Source of the DNA: an uncultured virus (IMG/VR IMGVR_UViG_3300000243_000001)
Lineage: Duplodnaviria; Heunggongvirae; Uroviricota; Caudoviricetes
Reading direction: 5' to 3' (one strand)
DNA length: 64,000 nt
IMG/VR virus record: IMGVR_UViG_3300000243_000001
Shown here: positions 38,204 to 47,488 of the stretch, one piece after another
Layout: each line of letters begins with the position of its first letter
Position numbering within the stretch: position 1 is the first letter of the stretch
The notes under the pieces: generated by a model
What the model was told of the DNA's origin: nothing
Seen by the model: only the letters and a program-made list of their open reading frames with translations
Databases searched by the model: none
Translations under genes and position numbers: made by a program

Positions 38204-39294
38204 AATACATCTTTAGTAAAGTCAACTTCCTTAATGTTAACGGTTACAGATTCATGTCTTGCTTTCATACTGTAACCTTCAATACCGGCTGTATTGATTG
38301 CACTACCAGCAAGTAACCCAAGATGTTTTGTATCTAATTTCTTAGACAATCCACCATAACATATTGAACATATTCCATCTTTTGCTTTACAATATGTTGG
38401 ACTTCGTAATTGAATAACCTTATTTGCAATTTTAGAATCATCGGTTATTTGAATCAATTTGCCAGATCGCGAATTGATCATCCATCTCCCAGTCAAGTGC
38501 TTTTCCATGCCAGGTTTAATAAAGATTTCCAAGTACTTATTCGTTCCACAATCGTCTTTTTCCGCTAACTTTGTATTTGAGTTTGCGAATACGACAGTCT
38601 TTGCCAAGTATCCTGGACCAGCTGTACCAACAGCACGAATGAATAATGTTCGTCGTGCATCAGCAGCAGTAGTATAATATTCTTTACCACTGTACCCTTC
38701 AGATAAAGCAGACGTTACTGGATCCGATATATTACCTTCGATATCGATAGTTGGACCTTTGGACAGTTGTAATACACCTAAATCTGTTGGACTAATCTTT
38801 GCTCCAGATTTAATGATGTTTGATATACCACTGTTCGCATCGATATCTTGTTCGACATATTCATTAGATAGCTTGGTTAATTCACCAGCATACTTTTCTA
38901 GTGGAGTATCTTTATTCAATCGTTGATTTCGTTGTTCAATGATCTTATCCGATACAACAATATTATTTGAATCTACCGATTGTGGAATAATTGAAGATAA
39001 TTTGAATGTTTCTTTATTTAGTTCTGTCATTGTTCGTGCAGCTGTTTCTGCATCACACACTTCAATGATATCACCAATGATAGCTGACATTCGTTTCTTA
39101 TCTACTGCTTCATTTACCAACACTTTATACTTATCTGGCATCAATAGATTAAACCAGATTCGCCCGAGCGATAATGATACAGATTTATTTTTAGTTTTTA
39201 TTCTGTGTGTGAACGAATACTTATCAGATATTTGAACTGTATTTTTTTTCAGTTCTTCATACACTTCTTCAAGTGTTGAAATGTCATTACTCAT
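38200..39294 (-). CDS. rpoC: RNA polymerase beta' subunit, middle fragment (bridge helix, Zn site, trigger loop)
   Basis: SEGYS..EYY...ARR....TAGPGYL, DDCGT, RSPTYC...GICSICYG, GLLAGSAI...MKARH. Confidence 0.9.
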   Translation of the reverse strand: MSNDISTLEEVYEELKKNTVQISDKYSFTHRIKTKNKSVSLSLGRIWFNLLMPDKYKVLVNEAVDKKRMSAIIGDIIEVCDAETAARTMTELNKETFKLSSIIPQSVDSNNIVVSDKIIEQRNQRLNKDTPLEKYAGELTKLSNEYVEQDIDANSGISNIIKSGAKISPTDLGVLQLSKGPTIDIEGNISDPVTSALSEGYSGKEYYTTAADARRTLFIRAVGTAGPGYLAKTVVFANSNTKLAEKDDCGTNKYLEIFIKPGMEKHLTGRWMINSRSGKLIQITDDSKIANKVIQLRSPTYCKAKDGICSICYGGLSKKLDTKHLGLLAGSAINTAGIEGYSMKARHESVTVNIKEVDFTKDVL

Positions 39295-39306
39295 ATCGTA
39301 TCCTTA

Positions 39307-39334
39307 AAGGGGAACACTAACCAGTATTCCCCTT
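39307..39334. terminator. Intergenic hairpin
   Basis: AAGGGGAA/TTCCCCTT inverted repeat between nrdJ and the beta' middle gene. Confidence 0.5.
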
Positions 39335-39360
39335 CTTATGTTTATAAATTTGTGAATGTC

Positions 39361-41706
39361 TTATCCACAGGCTGAGTAACCACAATCTGGATCGATACAT
39401 GATCCACCACGACAACCAGCAGATCTTTGTAGAGTACGATTACGACACACTGGGCAGATTTCCAATGATGTTTCAACTTTAACTGGTTTGTTGTCAGTTA
39501 AACAATATCCATCAACCGGCTTACCTACGAAGTGATAGCGAACCATTTTAGCAATAGCATCCAATACGGATTCTGCACTAATGCGGATTCCTTTAGTACC
39601 ATTACCACCTTCACGATCTTCATCTAACAAGAACCAGAATGGGTGTCCACCTTCACCTTCCATTTGAGCCAATATTGTATCAATTGGAACACGATGATGT
39701 AGTGACTTACTGATTTGCTTCGATAGATTCTTAATCAATAATGATTCGAGCTGTCCAGATTTACCCATGGATAAGAATAATTCAACAATCTCACCTTTCC
39801 ATTTATTACATGTGATGTAAACGGATCCATGTGGACTTCTGAATTTAACAGTATCCCCTGGACGTTTGTTCGGAAGCTTAATCGGTTTAGACTTAATTGT
39901 AGGATCGGTTTCAAATTCATCTGAAACTTCAGATTGATCCTTAGTCGTTCCAAAATTAACTGGTTGAACCTCCAATGATCCATCACGATATACAGTAATA
40001 CCTTTAAGACCTAACTTCCAAGCCTTAATGTATGCTTTTTCAACATCAGCAACAACAGCGTTATTTGGAAGATTGCAGGTTGAAGATATCGCAAGACTAA
40101 TGTATTTTTGTCCAGCAGATTGCATATCAATCTTTTTACTCCAACCAACATCATGTGCCGTTATAAATACTGTCTTAATATGATCTGGAATCCCATCAAC
40201 CTTCTGAATACTACCACGGTTCTCAATAATGGACTTCATAATTTCGTCCGTTAATTCAATCCCTTCACTAGCACAACGAGAAAGAAATTCTTCATTAACA
40301 AACTTAAGAGTTTGGTTACGATCAGCTAGAGGCTTCTCCCAAACAATAGCCATCATTGGTTCAAAAGCATAACAACAATCAGCAGAGATAGAAATACTAC
40401 CAGTTGGAGCCAGAGACGTAACATGAGTATTACGGATACCCGAATCATCAAATATTGCCAGGTAGGCTTCACTAACCCCATATTCTTTAAGGAGTTTTCT
40501 CATGATAGGTTTATCGGGACCTAATGTAATAGGACCATATTCAGCTGCCATATCAATAGAATGCTCATATGCGGTTACTGTTAAGAATTGACATATCGTT
40601 TCGAATAGTTGAAATGATTCATCACAACCATACGGTATGTTCATCTTATACAGTATATCTGCAAAGCCCATGATTCCAAGTCCTAACGGACGAGTGTCAG
40701 TCATGGTTGTTTTAAAACGTTGATTTGGAAATGATGTTGTGTCAATTACTTGATCCAAGAATTCAACAGCTCGTTGAATAGCTGGCTTAAACAGATCGTA
40801 ACTGAATTTGTACATATTTCCATTCTCTTGGCCTTCTTTCTTAACCAAGAACTTATTAAGATTCAGCGATCCAAGATCACAACATGAATCATCAGTTAAC
40901 GGCACTTCACCACATGGGTTAGTTGCTTTAACTTTACCACGACTTGGAATAGGATTCATATCATTACTTTTATCATAAAATAATAGACCTGGATCACCAG
41001 ACTTCCATGCGTTTTGTACAATCAATTCCCAGATATCTTTAACTGTAATCGTTTCAACTAAAGTATCATTATTCGGGCTAATTAGTTCAATTGATTGATC
41101 CCACCGACCTTCGTCAACATATGTCATAAATTCATCATCGACAAGAATACTGATATTAACAGCACTAAAATTAATTGTCTTTTTACATTCGATGAACCGT
41201 AAGATGTCTGGGTGTTTATACCAGAATGAAGCAAGATTAGCGGCACGTCTAGCTTTGCCACCAGACTTAACTGTATCGGAAATAGATTGAACAACCTTCA
41301 TATATTCAATCGGTCCACTAGCCTGACCACCAACTGATAAAGGAGAACCGGATTCTCGAAGGTTGGAAATACAAAAACCTGTACCTCCACCACCAGCGTA
41401 GACCGTAGCACACGTATTCCACATCTCAATAATAGATGACATCGTATCATCAAGACCTACAACGAAACAAGCTACGAGGTTATTATTGTATTTACTTTTG
41501 TGTTGTTGGGAACCCCATGCATTAATCAGGCATGGTGAATTAGGTCTAAAAATATTATCGTCCAGTAACTGTTTGAAATCGTCTTTCTGTTCGGAGTCGC
41601 GAGCAACACATTCTGCTACTCTTAGATGTACTTCCTCTACAGTATTTTCATCTTCATTCATGTATAACGATTTATATACAGCAGTTGCATTTTCACTTCG
41701 TTCCAT
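39361..41706 (-). CDS. nrdJ: Class II (adenosylcobalamin-dependent) ribonucleotide reductase with C-terminal TSCPD-like/Zn-ribbon region
   Basis: PNSP, ACFV, TNPCGE, CDLGS, APTG, KGITVYRDGS, terminal CPVC...C..CGYSAC. Confidence 0.92.
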   Translation of the reverse strand: MERSENATAVYKSLYMNEDENTVEEVHLRVAECVARDSEQKDDFKQLLDDNIFRPNSPCLINAWGSQQHKSKYNNNLVACFVVGLDDTMSSIIEMWNTCATVYAGGGGTGFCISNLRESGSPLSVGGQASGPIEYMKVVQSISDTVKSGGKARRAANLASFWYKHPDILRFIECKKTINFSAVNISILVDDEFMTYVDEGRWDQSIELISPNNDTLVETITVKDIWELIVQNAWKSGDPGLLFYDKSNDMNPIPSRGKVKATNPCGEVPLTDDSCCDLGSLNLNKFLVKKEGQENGNMYKFSYDLFKPAIQRAVEFLDQVIDTTSFPNQRFKTTMTDTRPLGLGIMGFADILYKMNIPYGCDESFQLFETICQFLTVTAYEHSIDMAAEYGPITLGPDKPIMRKLLKEYGVSEAYLAIFDDSGIRNTHVTSLAPTGSISISADCCYAFEPMMAIVWEKPLADRNQTLKFVNEEFLSRCASEGIELTDEIMKSIIENRGSIQKVDGIPDHIKTVFITAHDVGWSKKIDMQSAGQKYISLAISSTCNLPNNAVVADVEKAYIKAWKLGLKGITVYRDGSLEVQPVNFGTTKDQSEVSDEFETDPTIKSKPIKLPNKRPGDTVKFRSPHGSVYITCNKWKGEIVELFLSMGKSGQLESLLIKNLSKQISKSLHHRVPIDTILAQMEGEGGHPFWFLLDEDREGGNGTKGIRISAESVLDAIAKMVRYHFVGKPVDGYCLTDNKPVKVETSLEICPVCRNRTLQRSAGCRGGSCIDPDCGYSACG

Positions 41707-41707
41707 A

Positions 41708-43552
41708 TTAACGTTTATCCCTACCAAAGATTAATTGATATATAGTATTATCTCGATACCATTTAGATCTAGCGTAGTTAAATCTATCAAGTATTGGTGC
41801 GGTTCCTAATGACTTAGTTGAATATGGTATTGGTTCAACTTGAGTCGATGGATCACCACTCATCATTATTTGATTAATAACTAACAGATCTTTTTTGTTA
41901 CAATATACAATTGCAGCTTCACCAATCTTACGGCCAGCTCTATGAACAAGTTGAGCTAATGATGAATTAGACATTGCACGTGGATTACCGAACTCTTTGC
42001 TAAACACATCGATGCTCGGGATGTAGATTGCTCGAACTTTAAGATTTACACCAACACCAACAGATGTTGTTGCGATTATCGAGTATATCATTCCACGTTT
42101 ATATAATTCTTCAACAACTTGTATGTCATCTGGGGAATACATTCGACCACTTGGTCCACCTGGTTCATCATCACCAGACATTATGTAACCAAAACCATGT
42201 GATACAGCTTCCTTTAATTGTATATCTTTCATGTTCTCATACATCTTATATATCTGGTCCATTGTTGAACCTCTAGATGCTTTCTCGGCAACTGAACCGA
42301 TCGTATGAATTGGATCGGCATGTGGTTGTCTAGATGGAGAAACATATTGATCTGTTATATTAGCAGACTTAATTCCCATAACTGCAGCCATGTTTCGTGG
42401 GGATGTTGAACTAATTACTTGTTCAGTAAAGTCGGTAATTATCCGCTTATTGAATACCATAATTAAGTTATTAGTACTTTTACCTTTGATATGATCTACA
42501 ATCAATTTCGGAATATCTTTGCGAACTAGGTCTGTTGGTAATACGGTAATTCTGGCTTTATTGCGTTCACCAGTACTATTTAGTTTCATATCGAAACCAG
42601 TACTTGGTGTATCAAAACGGATATACTCCATCTTGTGTTTCAGATAGTTATTTAAATATGATCTGATATATAGAGCAGTAGCATGATTCATTGATCCAGT
42701 TAGTACAATTGATGATGTACCGTTAGAATTATCTGCAGCCACTATGTTGTTAAAGAAATGCCGAACCTTTGTGCTTTCACTTTCCGGATCACTAAGTTCA
42801 GGTTTAAATCTTTCTTGAACTTCATCAATAACAACGATTGCAGGATTATGCTGACTGATCATTTTGGTAGCAAATTCATAGGTACATGTCATTGCAATTG
42901 TGTCAGATGTAACACCATCTACTCCACCCATCTTCTGTCCAGTCCATCGTCCAACCATATCGTGCATTCGTTGCATTGCATTTGGTGGCAAAACGAAATT
43001 ATTAATTGGACCTGTATGTTGACCGAATCCAGGAACATCATAGAAATACGGTTCAATCATGAATTTAGGCATTGATGCTACAGTCTTATCGTCACTCATG
43101 TTATCTGATTTTAATGACGTGAACAATGATTTAAATAGAATCTCACGTAGTTGATTTAAAATCTGAGACGATAACAGTTTAGTTTCGGCAACCCATAATA
43201 TCTTTGGAATACTACCTGGTCTAGCTCGTTTCAATAAATCGAAAAACGACATCATTATTGGGTGAGTTTTACCAGCAGATGGTGCAATGTTTACGAACAA
43301 GTTTGCATTTCCAGCGATAATTTTGGTTGTTATTAAATGTTGCCAATTCTTAGGTATAAACCCAGGTTTGGTTACATTCGCCATTTGTTTTCTGATCAAT
43401 CTTTCTTGATCATCAGCTGCAACGATACCATGCTGATCTAACAAACGACTATTTGCAGCATTAGCTAAATGAGATCCTGGATTTGCTGTTTGTCCTGTAA
43501 GTGCACGATGTTGTCCACCGAACACTTCATTGATGATACTTTCATTATCCAT
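41708..43552 (-). CDS. Superfamily 2 helicase (Ski2/DEAD-DEAH-like)
   Basis: APSAGKT, DEVQE, TGS, GVGVNL, QLVHRAGR; start moved to MDNES. Confidence 0.8.
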   Translation of the reverse strand: MDNESIINEVFGGQHRALTGQTANPGSHLANAANSRLLDQHGIVAADDQERLIRKQMANVTKPGFIPKNWQHLITTKIIAGNANLFVNIAPSAGKTHPIMMSFFDLLKRARPGSIPKILWVAETKLLSSQILNQLREILFKSLFTSLKSDNMSDDKTVASMPKFMIEPYFYDVPGFGQHTGPINNFVLPPNAMQRMHDMVGRWTGQKMGGVDGVTSDTIAMTCTYEFATKMISQHNPAIVVIDEVQERFKPELSDPESESTKVRHFFNNIVAADNSNGTSSIVLTGSMNHATALYIRSYLNNYLKHKMEYIRFDTPSTGFDMKLNSTGERNKARITVLPTDLVRKDIPKLIVDHIKGKSTNNLIMVFNKRIITDFTEQVISSTSPRNMAAVMGIKSANITDQYVSPSRQPHADPIHTIGSVAEKASRGSTMDQIYKMYENMKDIQLKEAVSHGFGYIMSGDDEPGGPSGRMYSPDDIQVVEELYKRGMIYSIIATTSVGVGVNLKVRAIYIPSIDVFSKEFGNPRAMSNSSLAQLVHRAGRKIGEAAIVYCNKKDLLVINQIMMSGDPSTQVEPIPYSTKSLGTAPILDRFNYARSKWYRDNTIYQLIFGRDKR

Positions 43553-43556
43553 TCTA

Positions 43557-44843
43557 TCACTCTTTGGTTGCAGCGTAGATCGTAGATACTGAATCAAGGG
43601 TTAATGGATAATGATGGCCACTTGATACAGGATCCATCCAGGCTGATTTAGACTTCGCAGGATTCAGTTTACGAGCTTCTTTCAAAGCTTCATTTGTGAA
43701 AACTGGAAATAGTGCAATTGCATCTCCATCAAAGTCTAATCCTTGAGGAGTTACACTTAAACTATTAACTACTGCTGCTTGTCCAGATTCTAATACTACA
43801 ACAGAACCTGAGTAATATGAGTTTCGAGAAACAACTGGATCTCTTTTACAGAGAATGTCTTTATCTTTTGAAATTATGGTAGCAACTCTAAGTAGTTCAT
43901 CTTTCAATGGTCCAGTAATCTTCTCTGGATACTTATTTATTTTTTGATTGAATTCCTGGATCTTATGGTCATTAATGTCACCTGGATCACAGCTCATGAA
44001 TTCAGCAATTAATTGTTTAATCTCTTCATTTTTGAAGACATTGTGTATAAAGAACGGTTGGTATAATGTAATAACTACGTGCCACGGTACACCTATTGAT
44101 CCCAAAGGTATGTTTGGATCTGATATTGCAACAAGTCTTGCTGAGAAATCAACAGTCTTCTTCAACATTGTTCCTTGAAATAATCCTTGTTTACCTTTGA
44201 CTTTAGATTGGACCCATTTATATATTGCCAATGCTGTCTTTTGAATATATCCAATAAACATATCTGATAGTTCTTCAGATTGAGTTGTACGTTGAACAGT
44301 TAATAAAACCATCTTCTCATACAGTTCATTGATCTCTGATGAAAATTGTTTACCTTTGGTTTGAGTTAAACTCAGATCTCTAATACCGGCTGGTAATATT
44401 AATTGTTTGTCAATAAGGATCAGATGTTTATTCGTATCTAAGAACTTAGCATTATCTGCTTTAGCACTTTTGCATATGTCGGAGAACTTGATCTTATCGA
44501 ACACAGATATAAAGAACCCTAATCCGGTTTGTCCAATCTCAACTTCTTCAAATTTTCCATTTTTGAATGCGAAATGCTTATTCTCATTCAAAATGTGTCT
44601 AAGTTCAGGTGTTATTCCAGCAATTATATCATACAATACTGGATTAATGACCTGACATCCTAGATCAATATATGCAAACTTAGTTTTACGTATATCACTA
44701 CCAACATTACCAAACAGTTCTTCTGACCATAATCCTTTTGGATCAAATGTGTTTTTGTTGATCGAATAAATATTTACCGAAGTTACTTCACCGCATTTAT
44801 TTCGGGATATATAGTGATCAATATCTAGTAATTGTAGTTGCAT
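43557..44843 (-). CDS. rpoC: RNA polymerase beta' subunit, N-terminal/catalytic fragment
   Basis: GLWSEELFG, LPAGIR, KGKQGLFQ..MLKKTVDFSAR, RDP, and catalytic LDFDGD. Confidence 0.92.
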   Translation of the reverse strand: MQLQLLDIDHYISRNKCGEVTSVNIYSINKNTFDPKGLWSEELFGNVGSDIRKTKFAYIDLGCQVINPVLYDIIAGITPELRHILNENKHFAFKNGKFEEVEIGQTGLGFFISVFDKIKFSDICKSAKADNAKFLDTNKHLILIDKQLILPAGIRDLSLTQTKGKQFSSEINELYEKMVLLTVQRTTQSEELSDMFIGYIQKTALAIYKWVQSKVKGKQGLFQGTMLKKTVDFSARLVAISDPNIPLGSIGVPWHVVITLYQPFFIHNVFKNEEIKQLIAEFMSCDPGDINDHKIQEFNQKINKYPEKITGPLKDELLRVATIISKDKDILCKRDPVVSRNSYYSGSVVVLESGQAAVVNSLSVTPQGLDFDGDAIALFPVFTNEALKEARKLNPAKSKSAWMDPVSSGHHYPLTLDSVSTIYAATKE

Positions 44844-44863
44844 ATGTCTACCTAAAAAATAAC

Positions 44864-44886
44864 GTGAGGGACATTACATTCCTCAC
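44864..44886 (-). terminator. Putative terminator
   Basis: GTGAGG/CCTCAC stem followed by TTATTTTTT on the minus strand. Confidence 0.65.
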
Positions 44887-44892
44887 AGAGCA

Positions 44893-45642
44893 TTAGAAGT
44901 CTTCGTTTTCATCGTCCCATAAATACAGATGTAGGCGAGGTACAAAATGATACCCGTTATCTACACAATACTTAAGGGTTACAAGACTAGCATCTTTGAG
45001 CTGTTTTGCAAATTCATCTGGATCTTTCACTTCGAATCGATTGGGTGTTAAAGGCATAATGTACACTTTTCGATAATCGATATCCATTCCATTAATGAGA
45101 GATTCCATTACTTCTTGATACACTGGATCATTAACGAATTTAAAAATATAATTACCGTATGCCTTGATGTGCCGTAAATTCGCAAGCATGCTTGTATATG
45201 TACCTTCTGAACTAGGTAGATACCAAGTAACATCTAACTTTGGACTGATATTGAGCTTAACCTTCGATGGTAATGAATCAAGAAAAGGTTTGTCAATTAG
45301 AGATCCATTCGTTTCAATTTCAATGGTTTCAAAATGATCACAATTAAGTAACCGATGGAACATCTTGTTATTTTTATATAACAGTGGTTCACCACCAGTG
45401 ATCATTAAGTTACGGGTTTTGTTACCGAACTTTGATATCATTTGTGCAAGAAATGCATCGAACCCCGCTTTATCAACGAGACTGGCATTTTTTGTACCCC
45501 ATGACCATGGAGTATCGCACCACGGACATCGACAATTACATCCAGCAAGACGTAAAAGAATGGAAGGAACTCCAATCAAATCACCTTCACCCTGTATAGT
45601 TTCAATTTCTTGATGAATATATAACGTTGAATTATGATTCAT
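44893..45642 (-). CDS. queE: 7-carboxy-7-deazaguanine synthase (radical SAM)
   Basis: TIQGEG, RLAGCNCRCPWCDT, ITGGEP, IETNG, SPK, PRLH. Confidence 0.92.
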   Translation of the reverse strand: MNHNSTLYIHQEIETIQGEGDLIGVPSILLRLAGCNCRCPWCDTPWSWGTKNASLVDKAGFDAFLAQMISKFGNKTRNLMITGGEPLLYKNNKMFHRLLNCDHFETIEIETNGSLIDKPFLDSLPSKVKLNISPKLDVTWYLPSSEGTYTSMLANLRHIKAYGNYIFKFVNDPVYQEVMESLINGMDIDYRKVYIMPLTPNRFEVKDPDEFAKQLKDASLVTLKYCVDNGYHFVPRLHLYLWDDENEDF

Positions 45643-45649
45643 TTTAATC

Positions 45650-46381
45650 CTATTCAGTTGAAATAGCAGTCTTAGATTTACGAATTTCAGGTTTATCAAA
45701 AACAGTCATCAGAGATTGACAAAAGTTACATGAATCTTCATTAATCTTGGTATAACGATAACTCGAGGAACACTGAGGACAGATAAATCGCCGTTCATTA
45801 TCCAAGAAATCTTTATCTTCAAGAATTGCAAAATCATCACCACACTTAGGACAGACGCATTCATCCTCATAAATAGCTGCAGAAACAACTATACCACACT
45901 TCTCACAATGGTATTTACTTTTATGGTCAATTTTCTTATTGAGTTCATCACCTTCATCCAATCGATTAAATAATCGACCTTCATTGGTTTCCTCTGCTCC
46001 ATCGCCTTGGACTTTGTTCTCGTCCTTTTCAGAGTTACCATCTTTATCGTCTTTCTCACCTTTGCCTTTCTTAGCTTTGGCTTTCTTCTTCTTCTTGGCA
46101 TCGTCGTCGTCAGCCACACCAGGTTCTTTCGAATCTAATTCAGAAGCTTCAACCAATATCTTAAACTTATCAGCTATAGAATCAGCACCTCTTACACTTG
46201 CCATGAGCTCTTCATTCTGTTGTTTCAAAGAAGTCATCATCATTGCTCCACATTTTTTACATTTCTTTTGGTCACAAGATACTTCATCAATACCTAATTC
46301 GTCATCAAACCCACACTCTGGGCAAGAACAACCATCAATGAACTTATCTGCATCTTTCAGTGCTTTTTTATCATCCATCAT
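45650..46381 (-). CDS. Protein with three C4 Zn ribbons and a charged linker
   Basis: CPEC..CKKC, CEKC..CPKC, CPQC..CNFC; K/D/E-rich middle. Confidence 0.7.
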   Translation of the reverse strand: MMDDKKALKDADKFIDGCSCPECGFDDELGIDEVSCDQKKCKKCGAMMMTSLKQQNEELMASVRGADSIADKFKILVEASELDSKEPGVADDDDAKKKKKAKAKKGKGEKDDKDGNSEKDENKVQGDGAEETNEGRLFNRLDEGDELNKKIDHKSKYHCEKCGIVVSAAIYEDECVCPKCGDDFAILEDKDFLDNERRFICPQCSSSYRYTKINEDSCNFCQSLMTVFDKPEIRKSKTAISTE

Positions 46382-46917
46382 ATCACCAGATCGACTTTGA
46401 TTATGCATTTGCAATTATAGCACTTACCAGTTAGAATAGTAACATCGTTCACAACCATCGGTTTAGCTTTAAGTGCTTTATTTAAACAGTTTGGACACAC
46501 TCTTAATTGATCATATGCGATGTTTGGACCTTGATAATCTTCAATTTTACCAAGATCTACTATTCTAGCTGAAGCATTCATAATTCTGGGCTCACCTAAA
46601 GATGCTACCATCATGACACCACCAGATACATTTTTAGTGATCAAGATGTATTGATTTAGACCAAAGTTATTACTCGTCCAAGCAACAGTACCAACTGGAA
46701 TTGATTTGATTTGTGCTTTAGCATTAGCATGTTGACTAGATGTAAAGTCTGCAGCTAATGATATTGGTTGAGCATATTCTTCTTTGTTGATTAAGAAATA
46801 CTGTTTAATCGGTATAATTGGAATATAATTCGGTGCGATCGTTCCTTTACATCGGAATGCAATCTCACCGCTCGTTTTAAGTACATGTCCTACGATTAAA
46901 TCGTTAAGTAAAATCAT
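46378..46917 (-). CDS. Hypothetical protein with C-terminal Zn ribbon
   Basis: CPNC...CYNC; ATGA-coupled to gmhA. Confidence 0.65.
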   Translation of the reverse strand: MILLNDLIVGHVLKTSGEIAFRCKGTIAPNYIPIIPIKQYFLINKEEYAQPISLAADFTSSQHANAKAQIKSIPVGTVAWTSNNFGLNQYILITKNVSGGVMMVASLGEPRIMNASARIVDLGKIEDYQGPNIAYDQLRVCPNCLNKALKAKPMVVNDVTILTGKCYNCKCIIKVDLVI

Positions 46918-47486
46918 GATTTAATAACCTCGTAATATTGATCTACGATATGACAGACAATATGCCAAGCTAGAATATGTACTTCTTGTATTCTAGCGGT
47001 TGAAGAAGATTTAACTTCAAATGTCATATCGACATCATCATTTTTTGGAATGTTGCTGAGGTCACCAGAGAAAAGGATAGTTTTCATTTGACGTTTTTTA
47101 GCCATTTCTAGAGCACGGATAACATTCTTTGATGTACCACTTGTGCTTATTCCAATTGCAATATCCTCTGAGTGTCCGAGAGCTTCAATTTGTTTGGAAA
47201 AGATTTCTTCAAATGAGTAATCATTTCCTATCGCAGTCAGTGCAGATGTATCTGTTGTTAATGCAATGGCTGCCAATGGTGCTCGTTCTGTTTCAAAACG
47301 ATTTGTGAATTCAGCTGCGACGTGTTGTGCATCAGCAGCTGATCCACCGTTACCGAATATATATACTTTATTACCTTCTTCAAACGCTGCAAGTATTGTA
47401 TTTGCAATGTTCTTAATTGGTACATAGTCATGAAATGTACTAACTACAGCATATTGATGATCGGTTATTATTTGACGAATATTCAT
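46914..47486 (-). CDS. gmhA: D-sedoheptulose-7-phosphate isomerase
   Basis: GNGGSAADAQH.AAE, TAIGNDY, ISTSG.S.NV, TARIQEVH. Confidence 0.95.
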   Translation of the reverse strand: MNIRQIITDHQYAVVSTFHDYVPIKNIANTILAAFEEGNKVYIFGNGGSAADAQHVAAEFTNRFETERAPLAAIALTTDTSALTAIGNDYSFEEIFSKQIEALGHSEDIAIGISTSGTSKNVIRALEMAKKRQMKTILFSGDLSNIPKNDDVDMTFEVKSSSTARIQEVHILAWHIVCHIVDQYYEVIKS

Positions 47487-47488
47487 AG

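Noticed and set aside
30673..44843. Bacterial chromosomal rpoBC locus
   Set aside because: No ribosomal protein genes; beta' is fragmented and highly divergent; surrounded by phage-type replication and neck genes
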